From NCBI GenBank assembly GCA_964036045.1, contig OZ038379.1:31434001-31498000 (forward strand): a stretch of DNA of 64,000 nt, given 5' to 3'. Positions 50,776 through 61,797 of this stretch are shown here, one piece after another (within the stretch, counting starts at the first letter, position 1; each line of letters opens with the position of its first letter). The translations under genes were made by a program, and so were the position numbers. The DNA comes from Eutreptiella sp. 'Long Island Sound 2002' (lineage: Eukaryota; Protista; Euglenida). The notes beneath the pieces are model-generated. The model searched no databases. It had not been told where the DNA came from and was given only the letters and a program-made list of their open reading frames with translations.

Positions 50776-52479
50776 CCTGAGTACTCCCCGGCTCTACCCA
50801 TGGGCTGGGTGCCGGGTGCGAAGCTCAGCACGGAGGTGTACTAACAGTGTCGGGTGTGCGCATGCCTTAGTGCCAAACACCAACCCTCGCTAGTTATGGC
50901 CGCCTTGGCTTCGGGAACGGCTAGCGACCCCTAGCAAGGATGGCAAGCATAGCTTGCCCCCCCCCCCCCCACCCACCCACCCTCCTTGCACGCGCCCTAC
51001 CCATGCACGGGGGCCACAACCGTCCCCCCCCCCCCCTCTCCCCCGCCCCATTGCCGCCGCACCACTCGCCCCTGTTCCAAAATCACCCCCCCCTCCTGTG
51101 CCTAGCCTCACCCGCTGCACCGCATGATACCCTGCTTGGCGTATGATGCCCTACCATCGTAGGATGCCCTGCAAGCGGCAGGATGCGGCTTCTCCCCCCC
51201 CCCCCCCCCCCACGTCCCTGCCCCTCTGCCTGTACTTGTGGGTGGTGCCCTATGTTGGGCGGAAGCATCCGATGCTTGTTGGTGGTGCCATGTGCCGGGC
51301 GGAGCCCTCCGAAGCCAAGGGCGGGGACCCAAGGAACGCTGTGAATGGGCGATGCGGCCTGCTGAAATGGCGGTTTGAAGCCGCATCGCCTTTGGCGCGG
51401 CCTGTTGACACAAGGAGCCCCCCCCCCCCCCCAAATATGGCTAGGGCAATGTAAGCAGTCACTGGTGCCCGGAGCAGCCCACGAGTGGACGCTGGGAGAG
51501 GCCGGGAGCAGCCTGGGGCTGACGCTTGTCGCTCGTCCCCCGCGAGCCCTCGTCCATGGGACACCCCAAGACTGGTATTTCAAACATTCTTGAGTATGGG
51601 CAAGGTATAAGGCCCCCCGGCCACCACCCTATTGCCCACATCATGGAGGGCATTTGGGAGGGGTAACAGTCCCCGAATCCCCAAAGGCAGCTCCAATGGT
51701 GAGCGCACCACTGGATGGGGCATGTCCGCGGGGTAAAACCATAGCACTAAGCAATAACCGATAACCACATTGAGCTAAAGCCGTAATTGATGCCTAAAAG
51801 GGTTAAAGGGCCTCTCCGGGCCCTGTTAAGTGCGCCCCCCCAAATCCGGACTCAACCGCCCGCGACGAGGCAGCCTCTTGGAGGTATGGCTGGCGTGCAG
51901 TTAATTGGTTGCCAAGCCTCGTCCCATCTCCGTGGGCTATAACTGCCCAAGGGGGCTCCGGGTTCTGTATCCGTTTGCGAGTAAAGCCCCGGCAAAACCC
52001 ACGTTTTTTGGTTAACGAGAGAATCACCCCCACGACACGCTAGACCAGACTGAGGATCTGTTACCGCTACCCCATGGTTATGACCCCCAGTATTGCTGCA
52101 TATTTAGCCAGGGTTTCCAGCCATGCTACACCTATCACCGCCGTCGGGTTCCCCCATCAATAGAGCTTTGAGCTGGGCACTCGGCTCAAGAGATCTTACT
52201 AGCTACCGCCACTGCCGTGATGGCCGGGAACTGCTCGTGGCCTACCCCTCTATACCGTGCACCCCTAGTGCCTACTCCACCCGTTTTGGGCTCCCCAAGA
52301 GCCCTAGCCAATTGACTACTTGCCCCCAAGGTGGGACCCTCCCACTTCTTGCGTAACCACTCATTGCTGCACCCCCCCCCCCCCCCTCCCCCAATCCAAA
52401 CACCTAGGGTGCTGCCCTCGCGACACGTGGTGACCAAAGTTGGAACAACCCACACTAGGACACGTGGTAAACGGAAAAG

Positions 52480-53040
52480 CGCTGGCAACCACAAGTGAGG
52501 GCGACAGCGGGCACCGCCCAAACCCCTTTGCACCCCCCCCCCCCCAACCCAACCCCACCAGTGCTCAAGGCCCATGCTTCGTGCGTGGCCCTTACATCCA
52601 GGCAACGACCACCAACACTGCGCGACACCCCGTCTCCCCCTAGCCAGTGATCCCGCAACCGCAGAGACGGTGGTTTTCCCAAGTGGCCGCTCTGCCCGGG
52701 CAGCGACCACCGGCATGGCGAGATATCCCGCGTGCCCCTGCCTGATGCTCCCGCAACCGGGCAGGTCATGGCCTTCCCCAATGGCTGCTCCTCCTGGGCA
52801 GCGACCACCAGCAAGGCAACACAACCCTTCTCCCCCCAGCCGGCGATCTCGCCACCGGATAGACAATGGCCTTCCGAGTTGGCCACTCCCCCCGGGCAGC
52901 GACCAACAGCATGGCGAGACACCCCCTCTCCCCCTGGCCGTTGAGCGCGCAACGAGATGAATGATGACCTTCCCCATTGACCGATCCTCCCGGGCAGCAA
53001 CCACTAGCATGGCAAGCCCTATTGACTGTTCCACCTATGC
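52480..53040. repeat. Diverged tandem repeat, about 98-bp unit, 5-6 copies
   Basis: gggcagcgaccaccagcatggcga recurs near 52600, 52699, 52797, 52896 and 52993. Confidence 0.8.
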
Positions 53041-54990
53041 AGCGGCCACCGGCACGGAGAGGCACCTAGTCTCCCCCTGGACAATGTTGCCTAGAGGTGT
53101 GCAATAGCCCTCCCACCCGTGATACCGGCTGGCTCGGCGAGACACCCTGTCTCCCACTGTTGGGGGCGGGGGGATGGAGAAAATTTTGCGTGGATTTTTT
53201 TCCCGTACCCCCCCCACCCCTCCAGGGCTTGGCCCCGAAAAAAAGCTGCCACCCCATGTAGGAATTTTTTTCGCAAAGAGGATTTTCTTGTTGTGTGCTG
53301 CTTGAACTTGCACGTAACCTTAACTTTGCTACACCGTGTGCAATTGACACGTGAACTACTACTTAGGTAACAGTAATTGGTTGGGAAGTTGAATTTATTT
53401 GCATGCTTGCATGGTTTTAGAGAGCCACAATCGATTGGCAGGGATAAGACAAAAGAGTGAAAGAAAGAGGGAATTGGGCTAGTGCACGGGGAGGGAGGGA
53501 GAAGAAAGGGTGAGAGGGAGATGGTCGAGTTAACAATAATCCACTAAGAGGTTTGGGTGCCATTGTGTGTGTTACTTACTATTTCTTGTCGCAAACCTTT
53601 TAGATGTCCTCGGTGATCAACATCGCATGGGGCTAACGGGATGCCCACAGGCGGACATGAAGCGATAAGTGGCCGCTGGGGATAACCGGCAACAAGGTGC
53701 GTTGGCCGGTAATGGGGTCACTGCCTAATGCCGTTCGAAACTCAAAACGACTCGAAACGGCCTTACACGACCGGGCCCCTTGTTTGGCGGGCAAAACGTT
53801 GGCAAGCAGATTAAGGTTGGTAGGACATGGGGCTACAGCTGGGGAGGTTAGGACGAACGATGTGCGTGCGGTGTAGCAACCCACTCGCGGTTGACTATAC
53901 ATGTTTTGTAGTCATGTAAGACCCCCAGAGAAAAATATTTTTGCAGTGTGCGCATAAGAACGGCATACTGCAACAATGTACACCATCCACACACATACAT
54001 AGACATACAAACACACCAACGCACAAACCGTAGCCTCACTGAAAAACCAATTTTTTTTTGGCAAGCCATTGTGGGTTAGCGGTCATCAACCAACATGCGA
54101 CAAGGCAATGGACATGACATCGTGGGATACAGAACGGCCAAAATGGACATTAGTCTGCCTTGTCCTTCATTGTTGCTGGTTCGGTTTCTTGCCCCAAATA
54201 GGTGTATTGCCTTGTTTGGGACTCTTTCCCACCGATAAGAGGCCAGGGCGGGGCGCTGCACTACAGCCGGACCTAACCGGGGGTCTTTGTGCCCTTAAAC
54301 ACAAACGCGACCCATAATATCCTCGTTGCACCTTCCAAATCAAAAGAGGTGTGATACAGTTCAAGACATTTCAGGTTTTGGGGTCCGGAAAAAAATGTCA
54401 CGCAATTTTTTTTATCCCCCCCCCCCCTCCGGGGGTAACCCCCCCGAAAAAAAGCCGCAGACTTGTACCGAGAATTTTTTTTGCCCGTGTCCCGTCTCCC
54501 TGCTCCCACTAGCTGGTGAGCCTACATTAGGTACGAGGCAACTATCCCCCCTCCCCTTCCCCCCCTACGAGCCTTTGCACAGGCTCTAATTAACCACTAT
54601 TCTAGTCACTAGTCAAATCGAAAACAAACACGTTTATACGTTTATTTTCGAAAAAAACGCCCGGTTTTAGGAGAGAATCGCTGTTTTTTGGTGCTTATTG
54701 ATGTTTATGTGTGTTTTCACATATTGTTGCATGGTGTCATGGTGTCATGGTGTCAACGCCAGGTCCCACCTCCCGCAGGAGGCAGTTGCCCGCGGTCCCG
54801 GCCGGACCAGAGTGGCACAATACCGCAGCAAGTGCAACACCCTGTGCGACGCTCCGCGAACCCCCTCCCCCCTTCCCCGCACTATCATTGTCCACGCCAC
54901 ACGGCATGGGCAGCTACGGGGCCGACCACACAGCCGGGCCCCCATGCAGGTCCCTGTGCACACAGGGCCCCCAATGTATTCAGTTCTGTC

Positions 54991-55340
54991 AAAGTAATAA
55001 ATTTTGCATGGGCACACACCCAATGCATTCAGTTCTCCGAAAAGTAATAAATTCTGCATGGGCACACACCCAATGCCTTCAGATCTGCCAAAAGGAATAA
55101 ATTTTGCATGGGCACACACCCAATGCCTGCAGTTCTGCCAAAAGTAATACATTTTGCATGGGCACACACCCAACGCCTTTAGTTCCGCGAAAGGCAATAA
55201 ATTCTGCATGGGCACACACCCAATGCCTCCGGTTTTGCCAAAAGTAAGAAATTCTGCATGGGCACACACCCAATGCCTCCGGTTCTGCCAAAAGTAATAA
55301 ATTCTGCATGGGCACACACCCAATGCCTTCAGTTCTGCCA
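54991..55340. repeat. Minisatellite, exact 50-bp period, 7 copies
   Basis: aaagtaataaattctgcatgggcacacacccaatgccttcagttctgcca starts at 54991, 55041, 55091, 55141, 55191, 55241 and 55291. Confidence 0.95.
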
Positions 55341-56762
55341 AAAAGCGGCGCGGAGGGTGGACGCACGTCAATCCCCACCTCAGCTGCCACACGTCTTGTA
55401 GCCGCAGCCGGTACACAGCAGCTCGACGCAGCCAACCCCCGTCCCGTTACCAATCCAGGGACTATGGGGAGGAGGTGCAACCCGCACCTCACGTGCCACA
55501 TGGCAAGAGCCCAGGCCGCAGCGGTGGCGCCTTTGCTTGACGCAGCCAGCCCCCATCCCGTTACCAATCCAGGGACTATGGGGGGTGCTGCACCGGTTCC
55601 GGAAGCACCGCAGCACTCCTTCTCAGATGCTGCAAGCACTGCAGCACTCCTTCTCAACTGCTGCAAGTATTGCGGCTCTCCTTCGCTGCCACACTGTAGC
55701 AGTCGTGGAGCGGAGCTCCAGCTGCTGCACTGCAACTTGACACAGTCACCCCTTGTCCCGTTACCAATCCAAGGACTATGGGGGGGTGCTGCCTCCCACT
55801 GCACCCGCCGCACGGCGGGGCCCAGGGCCGCAGAGCTGTCCATAGCCGACCGGCGTCACAGATGCGGTGTGCCTGGGCTCGGGGTCGTTGCAGCAGGGGC
55901 CAAGCCTCGTCACCACCGAGGCCCGGCCGGCCTAGGAAGGGCAGTACACTGGGGCTGTAGGGGGTCAGCCGCACAGCTGTCCCCAGCAGCCGCCGCCGCA
56001 CGGCGGGTCCCAGGGCCGTAGAGCTGTCCATAGCCGACCGGTGTCACAGTTGCGGGGCTCCCAGGCTCAGGCTGACCACACGGCCTGCCAAAAAAAAAAA
56101 ACTCACGCTGGGCACCCAGCCATGGGGACTTGAAACGGGCCATGTCAATTCATGGCCCCTAGTCTCACCGGACGTTATTTCAGCTTGCCCCCGCCCATTT
56201 TCCCCACCCCTTGCCGAAGCCGCCGCACGGCGGGACGGTCCTCTGCATGGTAGCCGCACGGCCCATGAGAGAAGCCAGTGAGTCAGGTGGCTGTTTTTGC
56301 ATCCCAAGTGCCCCGGCCGCACGGCCCTTGGGTAACGTCCGCGGACATATTGTTGCATGGATTGGGGAAGGTTTTGGGTTGCCTCGTTATGCCATTCACT
56401 TGATATTCGTCATTTCGGGTATGCGTCACCTACATAGGGTTCCGTAAAGCAACAATCATACTCGACATCCGGTGCCCACGGACACTTGACCGCTTAAAAC
56501 AAAGAGGTTACGGAAATGTGCCTCTTGGCACTTTGTGATAGCTTGCATTTGTAGGGCCACATTTGAACAAAAAGCTTCAACCCCAATAAACAAAGATCTC
56601 GCTTGTAATTCGGTGCATGTCCGTGAGCAGGAGCAACAATAAATAGACAAAACTTCAATTTCGGTGATTCCTACGTTTCCCCATTCTCCCAGCAGAATTA
56701 TCATCTCTCGTCTTCTTGTTTGTTCACCCTTCAAAACCTCTTTTCCTATATCGCGTCTCGGG

Positions 56763-57395
56763 ATGGGTGGTGAAGTACGGATGCGCCGCCTCGGTCCGGT
56801 TGCACCTGAGGGTGCCGATTGGATGCACTTCAACGATGCCTCGGCCGCCCTCCGGTACCTGCACTCCGAAGACGGTGGGGCGTTGACGAAGTTGGCACAC
56901 ACCTAGGTCATGCGACCTGCCAAGACGGATGGCACATGCGATGGTTGGGTGTTCCCCATGAAGAAGCTGTCGTCTAATGAAGGCGCGCCGGTTGTCCCAC
57001 CTCCATCGTCCTCACGCGCCACCCCCTCCCTAAGTCCTTTTTTTCTTGTTCCCATACGGTGTGCATGTTGTGGCGCAAACATTTGTGGCACCAAGTATTC
57101 ATGTCAGAGGTGCCACACGGTGGTTGATGAGGCGTGCATGACCATGGTTGGATCAAACATGCATTGCTTTGTGTGCACCTGCCGTGCATATGGACAAGAA
57201 GTGTCCTCCATCGACCTGGAATGTCACAAGTGTCATTTCCGCGTGCATCCAGGGTGCACCACAGATGGTATTTGCACCTCCTGCGCTGAGGGGCGCCGGC
57301 CGTCTACCCCCCCCCCCCCCCCAAGAAACGGCGGTTCAAAAAAGAGTGGCTTCTTACCCGGTCTTGGCTACGGTATGACGCTAGCAGGGACATGA
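56763..57395 (+). pseudogene. ORF with tandem DC1/C1-like Cys-rich domains, interrupted by one in-frame stop
   Basis: CACCGANICGTKYSCQRCHTVVDEAC...CFVC...LECHKCHFRVHPGC...CTSC. The upstream in-frame part MGGEVRM...WMHFNDASAALRYL is separated by TAG at 56904-56906. A pyrimidine tract precedes the ATG. Confidence 0.45.
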
Positions 57396-58199
57396 TGTGG
57401 TGTCAGCAATACCCGCAACTTGGCCACTCTGTTCCCTTCGTCCAAGGTACTTCGAACTTCATGCTATGCTCCCTTAAGTATCATCAACGGTCGGGCACAC
57501 GCTGTGTGTCCTTTGCCTTGTGGCAATCAGTTGGTCGCTTGACGTCAGGGGAATTTGGTGGGATTATACTATATTATAAAATAAACAGTGATTGGCATCA
57601 TCCTAGAATAAACAGCATGGGATTTGACTTGTACCAAAACTGAACAAATCCATTGTGCAAGGAACCATGAATAAACCACACTCAGGAAAACATGTTTGAT
57701 AAAGATACAGACATATCTGAACATGTACTAGAGAATTATACGGAACTCAATGGTACCAGCCACATGGAACAAAGTTGTGTCCTATGAACGCGCAATGGAA
57801 GGATTAGGTAAAAGGAGGCAAGCATAAGCGGAAATTGCCATGTTTGTAAACAATTTGTCAACCAAGAGGTAATAAAACAACAAATTTTCGCCAAAATAAA
57901 CAAGTTGCTAGTCACTAGTCAAATGGCCTTTGAATAGTATTTAATTAGAGTCTGCCCCCGTAGCCCCGGACGGAGCCAGGTGTATGGTTATATGACCTCC
58001 CCCCGTTGGCCATAATCCGGGGGGCCCTAGTCCCCGCCGCCGCCAGCATGCCCCCAGGGGGCATGAGGTGGCGATCATGAATGAAAGTGAACCGGGGGAG
58101 TGCGCAAACGAGACAACGTCGGGCGTAGGGACTTCCCAAGAAGGGGAAAATCCAACCCCGTTGCTCTATATCTCTGCCTTGCGGGCGCCATGTACCGGG

Positions 58200-58875
58200 G
58201 CACCGTAGGTCACCTTTGCAAGTAGATGTCGGTCCCCATGGAGCGAAGGACGGGGGCCGCTAGGAGCTCCGCTGAGTCCTTGAGGGCCCTTTCCCGAGCT
58301 ATAAGGGAATGTGTGGCCAGGGAGTGGCCCACGCCAGTGGTTACCGCCACCGGGGCCGGGGACTTCAGAGGCTGCCTACTCCCTGTGGATCCGTGCTGGA
58401 TCTTTTTGTCCGGCACGGAACCTTGGACGACCCCATGGAAATAGGTGCTTTGGTCGACGAGGACCCCTTGGATGGGCCGGCCGTCTCCTCTGGCGAGGAC
58501 TGTGATGGTGTCATCCACCTACATCATCATGGGGTTGTGCATCGGGGCAAATAAGTACGCCGTAGGCCATGTGCATGTACTTGATGAAGGGGACGGGCGC
58601 CGTGGCCCCCACATGGACCCCTTGTATGGTGCCTTGGGGGATGCCTAGCAGCTGGTGGAGCTGCTTGGTTTGCAAGGGCCCCAGCGGCATCGTGTACAAG
58701 TGCCCTACGTGTGGGTGAAGAGGTGGTTTGCTGTGCCCAACCCTAGCCATACCCTACCGTAGCCCAACCCTATGTGGCTGCCCACCACGGGGTGAACGTC
58801 CTAGCCTATGACGTCCAAGTACTTTGCTAGGTCAATGTTGAGCACCCCCCGCGGTGATGCGCCAAATCCGGCATT
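58200..58875 (-). mobile_element. LINE family B RT fragment B5 (antisense)
   Basis: On the - strand: LNIDLAKYLDV...QLLGIPQGTIQGVH...MMM*VDDTITVLARGDGRPIQGVLVDQ...VPDKKIQHG, collinear with 46970-47390. Confidence 0.85.
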
Positions 58876-58884
58876 GTGTGCACG

Positions 58885-59370
58885 GTGCATGCCACTAGGG
58901 AGCAATGGGCAACTGGATTCCTTCAGTACACTGCCACGGTGCTAGGAAGCCGTGGGCAGCATGATTCCTTCAATAAATTTCCACACTAATGGGGAGCAAT
59001 GGGTGGTGGGACTTATCCTACACATTCCTACATTGATGGGGAGCTGTGGGCAGCGGGAACCCTTTAGTACGGCGCCACACCGCTGGGGAGCAGTGGGCAA
59101 GGGGACTCCTTCCACACACTGCCATGTTGTTGGCGAACAGTGGGTAGTGGGAATCCATCAGTACACAGCCACAGTGTTGGGGAGCAGTGGGTGGTGGGAC
59201 TACTTTCGTACACAGCCACACTGCTGGGGAGCTGTGAGTAGCGAGATTTTGTCAGTACACTGCCACACTACTGGGGAGCAGTGCGTGATGGGACTCCTTT
59301 AATACGCCGCTACAGTGCTAGGGAGCAGTGGGGCGCGGGCTACCTTCAGTGCAGTGCCACATTGCTTGAG
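58885..59370 (-). repeat. Old, diverged array (about 10 copies) of the same 47-bp satellite, in inverted orientation
   Basis: One unit, cagtacactgccacactactggggagcagtgcgtgatgggactcctt, aligns ungapped to the reverse complement of the 40.9-kb unit at 33/47 positions by my hand count. Confidence 0.75.
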
Positions 59371-59699
59371 AGTAGTGCGGAGTGCTAACCACGGCCGTGG
59401 AGGGTGCCATGACCACACAGGGGTGGGCTGTGATGCTCTCGGTGTGCGAGCAGCCGCGGGCGACCTCCCAAGTGACACCCGCCTCCACCGCCTACTGGTG
59501 AGCTTGTTGGGTATCCACGTGTAGGTGGAGTCCCCCGTGTATGCATGCTTGTAGGAGGACTTGCGAGGGACCATGCTCTGACGGCTCCAAACCACGGGCA
59601 TGAAAGGATCCACAATGCTGTGGCTGGGGTACCAATACTAGGAGTGGACCTCCCAAGCACCGCACCCGCCACTCACCATTACAACTGTCCGACTGCCCG

Positions 59700-61370
59700 A
59701 ACCATGGATAGAGCTCCAGGAGGGGGCAGTGGCACTCTTTGGGTACCGAAACCGGTGCCTATCCCATAAGTGCACCCCAATAGGAGACCCTTGTACATGG
59801 CTCTCCACACCCTGAATGCGCTGTCATCAGGGCTAGACCCAGCCCTGAGGATCCTGCGCTCCTGAGCACTTTGGAGGCACCGTAACGCTGCACCGCCACA
59901 AGGCCCCCACGGAGTCGCCCAGGTGCATGCGATCCCGGACGGAACTAGGCTTATGGTTCCATGGCCCGCCACCGCTGGCAACCATCATCGGGGCCATCGT
60001 GGCCACCGATGCCGGGACCACCCAGGTGGGGATCGTCATGGCGCTAGCGTACGAAAGTGCTCCGGGAGAATACCACACTAGGGTGGCCTCCGGGGTGGGA
60101 GCCTCCCAATTAAGAGGGGGAGACCATGGCGCTGTAGCTTTGTGTCCGCCAACTAGCGTCGTAGGAAGGGGTGTACTGGGTGGTGCCTGACTCCGAGTCC
60201 GCCATAGGTGTGCTATGAACGTACTAGGAGGCCGGCCACTGCGAGGATGGCATACACCACCAGTATGCACACACCCTAGGGGCCCAATGCCTCGCCTCAA
60301 AGGTGCGATCAACATCGCCTCGCCTCAAAGCTGCGATCAACATCGTGGTCACCCACTCTCACTGGATCACCGCCATCAATGTGCATGTGGACGCCGCAAC
60401 CAAGGAGGAGCCGCTGGTGGACCTCAGCTAGATGCTACGACGGCTGTACGCGTTCATACCGGCGGCAAAGTTTCGGGACCACAGCCAACTGGCCCCGCCC
60501 GACTTGCAGGGTTGGCTGCACGAGCAGGCGGCCGTCCCTACAAGGGTGCAATATGAGCACCCGGGGACTAAACCATGAGTGGGGCCGGGGCTTGCGACTA
60601 GACTGGTGTACGAGTGACCAGCAAAGGCACTTGGTGGCCCACCGGATGCGCAACCTCCCGACCATGACCGCAATGTGCAGCTTTGCACTCGTTGCCTGCT
60701 GTACGACGGCTGCCCAGAAACGGCCCAACACCTCTAGGAGTGCCCAATCAGTCCCATGAGTGGCGGCTGGCCCGCCAACGCCTCCACACGTGGTTGAGCA
60801 CTGATGTGGGACCCAGGCGTCCCAACTGCAAGGCCGGTTGTGGGACTCGGGGTTACCGGAGCAGTGGTCAGCAGCCATCACGACGCCGTCCATGCGGACG
60901 GCGCACATGGGGCTGGCGGGACCGCACAACATGGGGACAGAGTTCATCCGGCAAGTGCTGTCGGAGTGGCAGCAGGTGTGGTTGGCCCATGCCAGAGCAA
61001 GAGACGGCCTCATCAAAGCCCAAGCAGGGCCAGGAGGCACGATGGCGTCGGTGCTACGGGAGCTCCAACTGCACCAACCGGAGCGGCAAGGCGTCCCTCA
61101 GGCAGCCCTAAACTAAGACTGCCTGGCCCGGGGGGGGGGGGGGGGGCTAGCCCCGCCATCCCAGGTGCGCCACACACTACACACAGCATGCGCTGGGACA
61201 CACAGCCCTCCAAGCTTGCAAACTCCCGCGTGCAAGACCATCCCGGCCATTGCCTTTCGGAAACAGCGCCTTCGGCACCCCGCACTACACCACACACCAC
61301 ACAATACAACACAATGCAGCACAGCACAGCACAGCACAACATAACACAACACAATATATCACGCAATACC
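59700..61370 (+). mobile_element. LINE family B, diverged 3' copy B6 with a (CACAN)n tail abutting the exon 8 acceptor
   Basis: LGLWFHGPPPLATIIGAIVATDAGTTQVG...YHTRVASGVG, GTEFIRQVLSE...LRELQLHQ, and the tail gccattgcctttcggaaacagcgccttcggcac(cacaa/cacag)n. Confidence 0.8.
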
Positions 61371-61409
61371 ACAAGCTGACACAACCAACCTCCTCTCTCT
61401 TTTCTGCAG

Positions 61410-61515
61410 CTGCCATCCCTGACCAATTTATTTGACCCGGAGTATGTCCGCACGCCTCTTGAGACCCCACAGATTATTGGTGCTCTGGTGTTGACGGCAT
61501 CTACGGCATTCCTTG
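61410..61515 (+). CDS. EamA/DMT transporter exon 8 (could instead read through to TAA at 61574)
   Basis: Strong acceptor cctcctctctcttttctgcag|ctg, phase 0. Encodes LPSLTNLFDPEYVRTPLETPQIIGALVLTASTAFL, with the Q.IGA.L last-helix motif. Donor g|gtatgc. Confidence 0.8.
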
Positions 61516-61684
61516 GTATGCCATGTGCTGTTCTATGCTCACGGACGGCTGTGACTGGTTGGCAGGTCTCTTAAGCCTGCACTGTCCGCTGACATGTCAA
61601 ATACCTCGCTCTGTGCATCGCGTGCCTGTGCGATGCTGGGTGAGGCTTACTACTGGTGTGCGTAGCTTGTGCACTGACCTGCAG

Positions 61685-61797
61685 CTTTGCAGGGGTCTGG
61701 CAGCGCTGATGACGCTGCTGAACCTCTGTCTGCTCCGCCATGCACTCCTGCCAGACGTTTGCGGATCCATACACCTGGAGGACTGGCAGGAGCCTGA
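61685..61797 (+). CDS. Candidate terminal exon 9 of the EamA/DMT transporter (hydrophilic tail)
   Basis: ctgcag|ct is phase-1 compatible with the exon 8 donor. Gives ALQGSGSADDAAEPLSAPPCTPARRLRIHTPGGLAGA*. No family motif supports it. Confidence 0.35.

Noticed and set aside
53620-53720. Possible rRNA fragment (ggggataaccggc)
   Set aside because: Only a short word resembles LSU rRNA, and the flanks do not continue the match.
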